From an uncultured delta proteobacterium (GTDB lineage: Bacteria; Myxococcota_A; Polyangia; Fen-1088), in assembly GCA_963796685.1 (NCBI GenBank), contig CAWCMR010000025.1, forward strand, positions 640,001 to 704,000: DNA of 64,000 bases, read 5' to 3'. Both the position numbers and the translations under genes were made by a program. This document shows positions 44,081-54,209 of the stretch, piece by piece. The notes below the pieces were generated by a model. The model had not been told where the DNA came from. It ran no database searches and worked only from the letters and a program-made list of their open reading frames with translations. Each line of letters opens with the position of its first letter. Within the stretch, counting starts at the first letter, position 1.

Positions 44081-44173
44081 CGGCACACATGCGCGTTGGA
44101 CACGCTCCGGGCCACCGGGGATCTCCGCAAGGTGTCGCTCTGGCTCGGACACACGAGCCAGTCGACCACCGAG
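44081..44173 (+). pseudogene. C-terminal fragment of a RitC-like recombinase
   Basis: Manual translation RHTCALDTLRATGDLRKVSLWLGHTSQSTTE; homology stops just before the catalytic Tyr. Confidence 0.75.
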
Positions 44174-44379
44174 AAGTTCTCAGGAACAGATAGGGAAATG
44201 AACGTCTTCTCGATTGCCGCCTCCCTCTTTGACGGCACAACGGCCTATATCTGGCTCTCCTGACATCTTCGTAAAGGGAGATCTCGTAGGTGCGACGCAC
44301 GTCGTCGACGGAGATGTGGGCGGCATGAGTTTCGGGTGAGGTGGAGACGAAGTGCGCACGGGCACCTGGGGGTGCCCGT

Positions 44380-44433
44380 GTATAGGGGATAGATCGAGGA
44401 GGCTGACGTGTGGGTCTTTGTAGTTGACGTAAG
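44380..44433 (-). repeat. 54-bp repeat copy 1, oriIS-like (ends CCCTATAC on - strand)
   Basis: Matches 45602..45654 except for one indel and one substitution. Confidence 0.8.
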
Positions 44434-44746
44434 AAATAGCGATTTGCGGGAGTCGAGCGGAGCCGGAGGCGGAGCTTGCATTCCCGCAAACATGAGTTGG
44501 ACGGAGCCGCTTGCACGGCAGCTTGGCGGCTATGCGCCTATGCAATCGTCGTCCGGCTGCTGCGCCTGCGAGCAAAGCCGACGGTGACTTTTGAGAGGAT
44601 GCCGGACAAGGCAGTGAGCAAGATCTTGGTTGCGAAGATGGTGTAAATCGTCGGGACGCCACTGGTTGCACCAAGCACTGGCAGATGCGGACAGACGGGT
44701 GGCCACGACGTCACGAAGACGGGAGAGATCGTGCTGTTCAGGACGG

Positions 44747-45601
44747 TCATGCAGTACCAGCCTTGCGTGGGGGAGCGCGAGTTGGCGGTAGTAGTTGACG
44801 GACTATTGTGCGTTGCTGACAGCGAGGGCAGAGCAGGACATCTTTTCCCGTGAGCGCAAGCAGCAACTCTGGCCAGGGAAGATTTGGATCGACCCCGCCG
44901 ACGGATGCAAGACCGTCACCATCATCGTAGCCATCATGCTGAGCGTCGGCAGATGCGGTGGCGGGCACGAGGTCGGCAGCGTGCTTCAGCCTGGTGTTGA
45001 CGTTGCCGGAGGCCATGAGTCCGAAGTGGCGAATCTTTACGAATTGGTTGGGTAGGATGTGTTGAAGAAATCTCCCGATGAATTCGGTCGGCGACAATGA
45101 GGTGGTGTCGCTGCCGTGGGTACGGAAGACGACCGCCTGGTCGTCCACGCTGACCAGGCGAGCGTTGCTGATGGCCACGCGATGCGTATACCTGCCGAGA
45201 TAGCGAAACACTTGCTCGGGACCACCGAAGGGGCGCTTGGCGTAGACGACCCAGCTTGTCTTGTACAGGCGCTGCCTGCGGCGACGGGCAGCACGGTCTG
45301 GGACATCGTCGTGCAACTCGCCTTTGTCGAGCAGCTGTTGCAGGCCGGCCATGAACTTGCCCCGAAAGAGAGCGCCCACGACATGGACGGGAAATAGAAA
45401 GTCGCGTGGCGCCGGTACCCACTAGCTCTGGTCGCGCGCAAGACCGCCGCCGGTGACGATACAATGGACATGGGGATGAAACAGGAGGGCGAAGATCTTG
45501 GCTCTGTTGTTGCGGGCGAGACTGTGCAACTCGCTGGGAATGGTGAAGACGATGTGGAAGTAGTGGACTGGCAAGATGCGCTCAAGGCGACCCTCGCCCG
45601 G
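44747..45601 (-). pseudogene. IS91-family (Y2/HUH) transposase pseudogene
   Basis: ERILPVHYFHIVFTIP..HPHVHCIVTGGG, in-frame TAG at ~45422, WVVYAKRPF, RYLGRYTHRVAISNARL, KIRHFG, CPRC; 5' truncated, and the segment before HPH appears deleted. Confidence 0.88.
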
Positions 45602-45654
45602 GTATAGGGATAGATCGAAGAGGCTGACGTGTGGGTCTTTGTAGTTGACGTAAG
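45602..45654 (-). repeat. 54-bp repeat copy 2 (53 bp), oriIS-like, at the transposase truncation point
   Basis: gtatagggatagatcgaagaggctgacgtgtgggtctttgtagttgacgtaag. Confidence 0.8.
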
Positions 45655-45840
45655 CTTCTTACCGGACATTTACTCCGGATGCGTTTCGGTGAAGGAAAGA
45701 GAGGCGCTCAAAACAACTACGCTCATCCGAGCACGAGGCTGCTATCCCGCCCAACACGCCCGGACGGCTATTGTACCGATTACAAGCTTCTGCGGCGGCT
45801 CTACTTCAAGCACCGCAGCGGCGGCAGCTGGCGAGGACAC

Positions 45841-46797
45841 GGCCTGCCATCGTCCCGAGGACTGCTGCTCGTACCTTTGTCAGCAGGACGGCAGCGGACA
45901 ACTTTCCTGTGCCTCGGACCTGGGCTGCGCCAGCTCGGCGATGCCGTGTGGTCGCGCGGCGGCATGCTGTGACCTCGCGTGTGGCGGCACGGGGACGTGC
46001 GACGGGCCGATCTGCGCCCAAAGCGGCGCGGCCTGCACCGTGGCCAGCGATTGCTGTGGCGGACGCTGCAACGCCGGCAAGTGCGCGGCGCCCGGGCCAG
46101 GCTGCCATGTGGCGGGCGAAACCTGTGCCGGCGGGGATGAGTGTTGTGGCGGCCAATGTGGGTCGGTCCTCGATGGCGTCACTTCTCTTGACCGGTTGTC
46201 GGGGGCCGGCGAGACCTGTGGTAACGCCACCGATTGCTGCTCGGGATTGTGCCAAGTGGGCGCCGATGGTGCGGCCAACTGCAAGGCCCTCCCTGGTTGC
46301 AAAATCATCTCAGAGCGATGCGCGACGGCCAAGGACTGCTGTTCCGGTGTGTGCGGAACGGACGGGCGCTGCCAGGGCGCCGGCGGATGTTTTCCAAAGG
46401 ACGAACGCTGCCAATCCAACGACGATTGCTGCTCGGGTGCCTGCCACACCGTCCCTGAAGGCGTTCTTCGCTGCGCGGACGTCCCGGGTTGCAAGGCCGC
46501 CGGGGTATCGTGCAAGAAATCCGCCGAGTGCTGCGATGCCGCTGCCGTGTGCAATGGCGACGGGCGTTGCCAAGTGACCAGCGTCTGTCGAGCCGGAGAG
46601 CGACCGTGCTCCCTGCCCGCCGATTGTTGCTCGGGCGTGTGCACGCCCAGCCTCACGGGCAAGCTGGCCTGCCGCGAGTCATGCGCCCCCGCGGGCGCCC
46701 CGTGTACGGGCGCGTCCGACTGCTGCACGGGAAGCTGCGGCGGCTTTCCCGCGCGCTGCCTGCCGGTTCCGTAGCGATTCTAGGTGGCAGCCAATCT
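45841..46797 (+). repeat. Direct repeat copy B (957 bp): 5'-truncated duplicate of the Cys-rich gene plus the malQ 3' end
   Basis: Same protein text (RPEDCCSYLC..FPARCLPVP) with substitutions and 8-nt + 1-nt deletions; no signal peptide. Confidence 0.9.
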
Positions 46798-48375
46798 CCG
46801 CGATTCCGCCGAGAGGCGGAACAGCCGCTCGCTCGTCGCCCGATCGGCGCACAGGGTGTCCACATCCATCGGCATGCGATAGGTCCAGTTGTGCTCGTTC
46901 ACCGAGCCGGGCACGTTGACCTGCTCGCGCGTGCCGAGCAAATCCTGGAGCGGTACCAGGCACAGATCCGACGCTGCCCCGAAGAGCACACGCAGAAGAG
47001 CATCGCGAACGCCATCGTCGAAGCCACGGTTCACGTCGAGGCCTTCGAGGCCCGGAATACGCGCGAGGTAGCCGCGATGCTCGGGCGAGAGACCGTCATA
47101 CCACACCGCCTGCGTTTCGGTGTCGTGGGTGCCCGAAGTCGCCACGGAGATCTCCGGCCACTTGGCGGGATCGCGAAAGAACTGTTGCATGTGTCCGTCG
47201 CGCCACAGGTCCTCCTTCTCCCAACGCAACACCCGGTAACCGGGCAAGCGCAGGCGCGCCAGCGAGGGACGCAGGAATTCCGGCACCATGCCGAGGTCCT
47301 CGGCGATGACCTCGCCGTACTCGTCCATGATGGCAAGCAGGGTTTCGCCCAGGCGAATCTGCGCATCTTCGTCGGAGGGCGAGAATCCGGACTTCTTGCC
47401 GTCGGCCGAGCGATAGTAGGTGCGGTACATGCCGATGACGTGGTCCACACGGTACAGGCCAAACAGACGGCCATTGCGCTCGGCACGCCTGCGCATCCAT
47501 TCGAAGTCGGTCCGCTCCATGGCGCGCCAGTCGAAAAGGGGCAGCCCCCAATCCTGGCCTTCGGCGCACAGGGCGTCCGGCGGTGCGCCCACGCGCAGTC
47601 CAGGGCGAAACAGCTTACGCTGTTTCCACACGTCGGCCGAATCCTCGGCCACGACGAAAGGCAGATCGCCCATCAAGTCCACGCCCAGCGCCGCGGCCTC
47701 GGCACGCGCCGCCCGCCACTGCTCGTCGAGCTGCCACTGCTGCCAGGTGACGAAAAGGATCTCCTGGGCGTGTTCCTTCACCGCGCGGGCCAGGGCGGCC
47801 GGGCGGCGATCCGCGAGACCATCGGGCCACTTGCGCCAGTGCCTGGCGAACTGGTCATGCAAGACCGCGAACAAGGCGTAGTCCTCGAGCCAGTCGCGGT
47901 TCTCTTCGTGGAATCGGGTCAGCTGCCGCGCGCGCTTGCTCCGTCGGCGCCAGTCGTGGTTGCGAAACCGGGCGAACGCCAGGCGCATCCCGCGTTCCTT
48001 GAGCGGCCGCAATCGGTTCCACGGCACGCTCGGCGCGGCGGAGACGTCCCCGAGCAGCCTACGATCCGCGTCCGACAACGCATCGCGCCCTCCGGCGGCC
48101 ACAAAATCCTCGCAGGCGTCCAGGCCGAGGTACACGGGATCGATCGCGAAGGCCGTCGAAGCCGAGTAGGGGCTGGTCTCGCCGCCGCTGACCGCGCACA
48201 CCGGCAGCATCTGGATCACGCGAATCCCGGCCTGTGCCGCCCACTTGGCCATGGCCGCCACATCAGGGATCTCGCCCAGCCCCCATCCCGCCTTCGTGCG
48301 CACCGAAAAAAGCGGGATCAGCACGCCGGCGCGTCGCCGTCGCAGTCGCGGTCTTGGCCTGTTCTTGTCAGGCAT
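46780..48375 (-). CDS. malQ: 4-alpha-glucanotransferase (GH77)
   Basis: SPYS, GDLPF, DSADVW, GAPPD..GQDWGLP, RVDH, AEDLG, GTHD, NVPG..NWTYR. Confidence 0.93.
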   Translation of the reverse strand: MPDKNRPRPRLRRRRAGVLIPLFSVRTKAGWGLGEIPDVAAMAKWAAQAGIRVIQMLPVCAVSGGETSPYSASTAFAIDPVYLGLDACEDFVAAGGRDALSDADRRLLGDVSAAPSVPWNRLRPLKERGMRLAFARFRNHDWRRRSKRARQLTRFHEENRDWLEDYALFAVLHDQFARHWRKWPDGLADRRPAALARAVKEHAQEILFVTWQQWQLDEQWRAARAEAAALGVDLMGDLPFVVAEDSADVWKQRKLFRPGLRVGAPPDALCAEGQDWGLPLFDWRAMERTDFEWMRRRAERNGRLFGLYRVDHVIGMYRTYYRSADGKKSGFSPSDEDAQIRLGETLLAIMDEYGEVIAEDLGMVPEFLRPSLARLRLPGYRVLRWEKEDLWRDGHMQQFFRDPAKWPEISVATSGTHDTETQAVWYDGLSPEHRGYLARIPGLEGLDVNRGFDDGVRDALLRVLFGAASDLCLVPLQDLLGTREQVNVPGSVNEHNWTYRMPMDVDTLCADRATSERLFRLSAESRRLAAT

Positions 48376-48414
48376 CGAATACCAGTTCGGTTATGATACG
48401 GCGTCTTGTCACCC

Positions 48415-49401
<987 letters not shown>

Positions 49402-49410
49402 GATGGAAGC

Positions 49411-50367
49411 ATGAGCGAGATCGTCCTGCGCGCCGACGAGCTGGCCAAGACGTTCCATCTGGGCTTCTTCCGCAAACGCGTCGAAGCGGTGAAGCATGCC
49501 ACGTTCGACGTTCGGCGTGGCGAGGTGTTCGGCTATCTCGGACCCAATGGCTCGGGCAAGACCACGACGCTGAAGATGCTGATGGGTTTGGTCTTCCCGA
49601 CGCGCGGACACGCCGAGGTGCTGGGCCGGGCCGTGCCGAATCGCGAGGCCAAGCGTCGCCTCGGTTACTTGCCCGAGAGCCCCTATTTCTACGAGTACCT
49701 CTCGCCCGAGGAGTTCCTGGATCTCGTGGGCTCGCTGTGCGACGTGCCCCGCGCCGAGCGGCGGGCGCGTGCCCGCCGGCTCATCACCCGGGTGGGGTTG
49801 GACCACGCGCGCGGCCGGCCCCTGCGCAAGTTCTCCAAGGGCATGCTCCAGCGCATCGGCATCGCGCAGGCCCTGATGGGCGACCCCGAGCTGGTGGTCC
49901 TCGACGAGCCCATGACCGGGCTCGATCCCATCGGGCGCAAGGAGATCCGCGACCTCATGCTCGAGCTCAAGCGCGAGGGACGCACCGTACTATACTCGAC
50001 GCACATTCTGCCTGACGTGGAGATGACCTGCGATCGGGTGGCCATGATCTTCGCGGGCAGCATTCGCAACGTGGGGCCGCTTTCCGAGCTGCTCACCGCG
50101 CGTCTGCTGTCCACCGAGGTTTGCCTGCGCCACGACGTGGGCGAGATTCCCTCCCTACCCGAGGGCGCCAAGGTTCGCCGTACCCCGGACGGCATGCTGG
50201 TGGACCTGCCCGAGGGCGCGGATGTGGACGCCTTCCTGCGCGCGGCCCTCGGCGCCAAGGCCAGCGTCATTTCCGTCACGCCACGGCGCGAATCGCTGGA
50301 GGATCTCTTCGTGCGCGAGGCCGGCCAGACGGAATCCACGGGCACCTCGCAAAAGGGGGCGGCATGA
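49411..50367 (+). CDS. ABC transporter ATP-binding protein (myxobacterial PilH-like)
   Basis: GPNGSGKTT, FSKGMLQR, LDEPMTGLDP, STH. Confidence 0.92.
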   Translation: MSEIVLRADELAKTFHLGFFRKRVEAVKHATFDVRRGEVFGYLGPNGSGKTTTLKMLMGLVFPTRGHAEVLGRAVPNREAKRRLGYLPESPYFYEYLSPEEFLDLVGSLCDVPRAERRARARRLITRVGLDHARGRPLRKFSKGMLQRIGIAQALMGDPELVVLDEPMTGLDPIGRKEIRDLMLELKREGRTVLYSTHILPDVEMTCDRVAMIFAGSIRNVGPLSELLTARLLSTEVCLRHDVGEIPSLPEGAKVRRTPDGMLVDLPEGADVDAFLRAALGAKASVISVTPRRESLEDLFVREAGQTESTGTSQKGAA

Positions 50368-51149
50368 ATCGCATCACCGCCATCGCCTGGAACACCTTTC
50401 GCGAGGCCGTGCGCAACAAGATCCTCTACAGCCTGCTCTTCTTCGCCGTGCTGATCATCCTATCGGCACTGGCCATCGGCAACCTCACCCTGCATGAAGA
50501 GGTCCGCACCGTCCGCGACGTCGGCTTGTTCGGCATCGACATCTTCGGCGTCATCATCGCCATCTTCGTGGGCGTGAACCTGCTCTACAAAGAGCTCGAC
50601 CTCAAGACCGTGTACACCATCCTGCCCAAGCCGCTGTGGCGCTGGGAGTTCGTGCTCGGCAAGTGGCTGGGCATGCTGCTGACCTTGGCCGTGCAGATGG
50701 CGGTGATGGGCGCGGTGTTGGCCCTGGTGCTGGCCAGCCAGGACGCGCACTTCGACGTGCCCATGGTCAAGGCGGTGTGGTTGCTCTTCGTCAACGTGAT
50801 GCTGGTGACCTCCATCGCCGTGTTCTTCTCGGCCTTCTCCAGCCCGTTCTTGTCCGGGTTCTTCGCCCTCGGCTGTTTCGTGGTCGGTCGCTCGGTCCCC
50901 GACATCCGCGCCCTCGGCGAAAAGATGGGACCAGGCGCCAAGGCCACCCTCGATCTCTTCTGCAACCTGGTGCCGAATCTGCATCTCTTCTATCCCTCTG
51001 GCGCCATCGTCGGCGCCGAGGAGCTCTCCGTGCACCGCCAATTCGTGGGCGCCGACTACATCCTCTCGGCCACGGGCTACGGAATCGCCTACTCGCTGGT
51101 CGTGCTCGTGCTGGCCATGCTGATCTTCCGCAAGCGGGATTTCGTGTAA
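50364..51149 (+). CDS. ABC-2-type permease (PilI-like)
   Basis: IAWNTFREAVRNK, TILPKP..EFVLGK, about six TM segments, FRKRDF. Confidence 0.88.
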   Translation: MNRITAIAWNTFREAVRNKILYSLLFFAVLIILSALAIGNLTLHEEVRTVRDVGLFGIDIFGVIIAIFVGVNLLYKELDLKTVYTILPKPLWRWEFVLGKWLGMLLTLAVQMAVMGAVLALVLASQDAHFDVPMVKAVWLLFVNVMLVTSIAVFFSAFSSPFLSGFFALGCFVVGRSVPDIRALGEKMGPGAKATLDLFCNLVPNLHLFYPSGAIVGAEELSVHRQFVGADYILSATGYGIAYSLVVLVLAMLIFRKRDFV

Positions 51150-51793
51150 TGCGAGGGATCCGGCGCCAGGTGGTCATCGTCCTCCTGGGCCTCGCCGCGG
51201 CCCTGGCGGTGATCGTCGTGCGCCTTCTCCTCGACGCGCGTAGCGCCTATCGCAACGGCGTCGCGGCGGAAGAGCGCGGCGAAACCAGCGAGGCCATCCG
51301 CTGCTTCCTCGAGGCGGGGCGCCTGTACGTGCCCGGCAGCCCCTTTACCCGCAACGCGCTCGACCGACTGGACGCTATCGGAGTTTCCCAGGTCACCAAG
51401 GGCGACTACGCCACCGCGCGCGCGGCCTTCGAGGCGGAACGCGCCGCCCTGCTCGGCACGCGCTCGTTCTACACGCCCTACGCCGAACGCCTGCCCAATC
51501 TCGAACGTCGGCTATCGCGCTTGTTGGCGGCAGCGGAAGATCGCGCCTCGATGGCAACCTTCGAGGAGCGCGCCAAGTGGCACGCCGAGCGGCTCGCCGA
51601 GCGACCACGACCGAAAACCTCCATGGTTTTGCTCGCCTTACTCGGCCTTTCCCTGTGGGTGGCATCGGCGGTGACGTTCTTTCGCAAGGGTGTGGACATG
51701 AATCTTGTGCTCAAGCGGACACCTGCCATGCTTGCAGGCGCGGGATTCCTGGTCGGATTGGCACTCTTCTTGATTTGCCTTCGCCTGGCATAG
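51149..51793 (+). CDS. Hypothetical membrane protein
   Basis: N-terminal TM, helical TPR-like middle, RSFYTPY, two C-terminal TMs; coupled to the permease. Confidence 0.75.
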   Translation: MRGIRRQVVIVLLGLAAALAVIVVRLLLDARSAYRNGVAAEERGETSEAIRCFLEAGRLYVPGSPFTRNALDRLDAIGVSQVTKGDYATARAAFEAERAALLGTRSFYTPYAERLPNLERRLSRLLAAAEDRASMATFEERAKWHAERLAERPRPKTSMVLLALLGLSLWVASAVTFFRKGVDMNLVLKRTPAMLAGAGFLVGLALFLICLRLA

Positions 51794-51869
51794 CGAGGTG
51801 GATTTCGGGTACAGTCGATGCTTGCGCTCCGGCAAGGAGTGCTAAGAATAAATCCTTAGGCTAATTGCG

Positions 51870-53183
51870 ATGGATGTTCGTTGCGAACGCTGCCAATCGG
51901 AATACCAAGTCGAGGACGCAAAGGTCAGCGACCGCGGCACGGAAGTGCAATGCAGCGACTGCGGTCATCTATTCGTGGTCAAGCGGCCTGGTAACGCGGC
52001 GAGCCTGACGGAAGCTGGCGGCGGGAACGCGGGCGAGAACATGGGCACATGGATCGTGGAGACCACGCAGGGCAAATCGCTGCGCTTGCGCGACATGACC
52101 GCGCTGCACAAATGGATCATCGAGCGGCGGGTGAGGCGCGAAGACCGTCTTTCACGCGATGGCGCACCTTGGCAGCGTTTGGGCGACATGGGCGAGTTGA
52201 CCGTCTTTTTCGATATCGTGGATAGCGCCGAGCGGGCACGCACCGCGGACACGCCGATGCCCGCCCCTCTGCCGGCGCCGCTTGCGGTCCCGGCGCTCAC
52301 GCCACCCGTGCCCGCTCCCCAGCCCTCTTCGCCCGGCCCAAGCGGTTTCGAGTCGACCATCGTTCCCGCATCTTCGGCGCAGCCGTTGCTGGCCTCCATG
52401 AAAGCCCAGAGCAAAGCCCAGAACCGCGTGGCCACCGCGGCCCTCCCCTCTTCCTTGTACGACACGGATGCGGACGAAACCGTGATCGTCAGCCTGGAGC
52501 CTGCCAAGAAGCGTGGCTTCTTGAAGTTGGGCATCATGGTGTTGGTGGCTGGCGTGGTGGCCTGCGCGGGCATCCTTTGGCAGCACCATCGCCTCGGCTC
52601 GACTCCAAGCTCTTTCTCGACGACCAGCGAAAGCGCGAGAGCCCCTCATGCACCCGCCGTGGGGGTGCCTGCTCCCGCTCCCGTGTTGGGCCAGAAGGAC
52701 CACGCCGCCGAAGAATCAGAAGAAGAAGGGCGCGCGAAGGCGGGCAATCCGGTGGTCGGGCCTATTGGCGGCAGCGATTCGTTGGAGGACGTCCAGCTTT
52801 TGGGCAAGGGTTCGAGGCACGCCTCCGCGGTCCGGCCCGCCGCCGGCCGCAGGGCAAAGCTACCGTCCCCGGCGAGCGAGCGAGCGCATCGAAGCCGCGC
52901 GAACGCGGCCAAGCCCAACGCACCCCAGTCCCTGGCCGCTCAAGGGTACGTGGCCTTGGACCATCGTCAGCCCTCGCGCGCCATCTCGCTGTTCAAGCGG
53001 GCGTTGGCCGGCACCCCGAACAACGGCACCGCGCTCTTCGGTTTGGCCGAAGCCCATCGCGAGGCCGGCCAAAGCGCCCTCGCACTGCAGGCCTACCGCC
53101 GCTACGTCGAGCTCCTGCCCAGCGGCCCCGACGCCGGCTCCGCCCGCCACCACATCCGCGTCCTCGAAAGCAAGAGGCGCTAG
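51870..53183 (+). CDS. Zinc-ribbon (MJ0042-type) + TM + TPR protein
   Basis: CERC..CSDCGHLF; GYF-like segment WIIERRV; TM; ALFGLAEA..YRRYVELLPSG TPR. Confidence 0.8.
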   Translation: MDVRCERCQSEYQVEDAKVSDRGTEVQCSDCGHLFVVKRPGNAASLTEAGGGNAGENMGTWIVETTQGKSLRLRDMTALHKWIIERRVRREDRLSRDGAPWQRLGDMGELTVFFDIVDSAERARTADTPMPAPLPAPLAVPALTPPVPAPQPSSPGPSGFESTIVPASSAQPLLASMKAQSKAQNRVATAALPSSLYDTDADETVIVSLEPAKKRGFLKLGIMVLVAGVVACAGILWQHHRLGSTPSSFSTTSESARAPHAPAVGVPAPAPVLGQKDHAAEESEEEGRAKAGNPVVGPIGGSDSLEDVQLLGKGSRHASAVRPAAGRRAKLPSPASERAHRSRANAAKPNAPQSLAAQGYVALDHRQPSRAISLFKRALAGTPNNGTALFGLAEAHREAGQSALALQAYRRYVELLPSGPDAGSARHHIRVLESKRR

Positions 53184-53187
53184 CCGA

Positions 53188-53898
53188 TCATCCAACCGGC
53201 GTGGCGCGCGCTTGGGCGTCGATCATCATTTCTCGTGCGACCGCCTCCGCGATCTTCAGGACGAGATTGCGCATGCGCCTCCCCTTGACCTTGACCTGCA
53301 CCCCCTGCAACGCAGCCATGATCGCACCGATGCGGGCAGCGTAGCCATGCTCGCGCGTTCCTCCGTTGTAGCTTTGAAGATTCCTCTTGGTGGCAAGGAT
53401 CGCGGTTCCCACCGCGATGTTCGTCATTGGTTCCTGCAATCGTGCGACCGTGAATCCGCGTGCATGTCCATTGAGGCACTTGCAACGGTCGGAGGTTATG
53501 CAGCGAATGCCCATGAGACCGATATCGAATGCCCGTGCGCTTTCCGGCCACGCACGATCGTGGCGCGTGGAATGTGATTTGCCTGATTTGCCGTGGACGT
53601 TCCCACCCGGTCGTCGAGTGGGACGGGCCTCGGCCGAAATCACCCTGGGCCGAAGATCGGATTCATTAATGGCGATGGCCATCGTAAGGAGTGGATTCGG
53701 CGCGCGGTTGAACGCGTCCGCCAGGCGCTCGCAAGTGGCTCTCGACCACGCACCTTCGCGCCAACGAATGGCATTCTGCACCGTGCAAACAAGCCCTGCA
53801 GTGACTGTCTGGGGCCTCGCGACGCCGACAGCCTGGAGCTGGGCAGCATGCTGGGTGTAGGGAAGCAACCAAGCAAGGAAGAGAAGATTTGGATTCAT
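53188..53898 (-). CDS. Putative lytic transglycosylase (SLT/lysozyme-like)
   Basis: AIAINESD, DIGLMGI, NIAVGTAIL, SYNGG, YAARI in the expected order. Confidence 0.6.
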   Translation of the reverse strand: MNPNLLFLAWLLPYTQHAAQLQAVGVARPQTVTAGLVCTVQNAIRWREGAWSRATCERLADAFNRAPNPLLTMAIAINESDLRPRVISAEARPTRRPGGNVHGKSGKSHSTRHDRAWPESARAFDIGLMGIRCITSDRCKCLNGHARGFTVARLQEPMTNIAVGTAILATKRNLQSYNGGTREHGYAARIGAIMAALQGVQVKVKGRRMRNLVLKIAEAVAREMMIDAQARATPVG

Positions 53899-54209
53899 CG
53901 TCTTTTTCCGGGGATTGTGTTCCACGCAGATCTCTCGACCAACCCCGTGGGTCTGCATCCGCACAGTGCAGATTCAACAATGTCAGCGAGCCACCTGCTG
54001 AATCTATTGTCTGGAATCGAGGCGACGATCCCAGGTACCTCTCGAATATGAGACGTCAGCCTCTTGGTATCCGGAAGGATGCTTGGAAACCACGAAAGGT
54101 CACATGGATGATCTTCGGGGTACCCGTTCAGGCGCCCTACCGCACGAAGCCGAACCGCTCGGCGTGGCTGTCCCGGCCCTGGCAACTCGGCGGATCGGGC
54201 GGGGCTCGT

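Larger units (their letters stand above)
40655..44085 (+). mobile_element. Inner, apparently complete RIT element
   Basis: Three overlapping recombinase genes between 33-bp perfect inverted repeats, plus a terminal palindrome. Confidence 0.9.
38505..44173 (+). mobile_element. Outer RIT (recombinase-in-trio) element, disrupted
   Basis: Left end with TTATGCGGAG repeats and palindrome (38505-38570), intact ritA, 5' part of ritB, short ritC-type fragment at 44081-44173. Confidence 0.75.

Noticed and set aside
44538-44750. 70-aa ORF downstream of the IS91-like transposase
   Set aside because: No motif; may simply be the element's 3' non-coding region
45629-46774. 381-aa ORF as an independent intact gene
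   Set aside because: The N-terminus is read from the 54-bp repeat and unrelated DNA, with no signal peptide; the rest is the duplicated fragment
54053-54065. 13-bp match (aagaggctgacgt, - strand) to the 54-bp repeat
   Set aside because: Too short and flanks do not align; treated as chance
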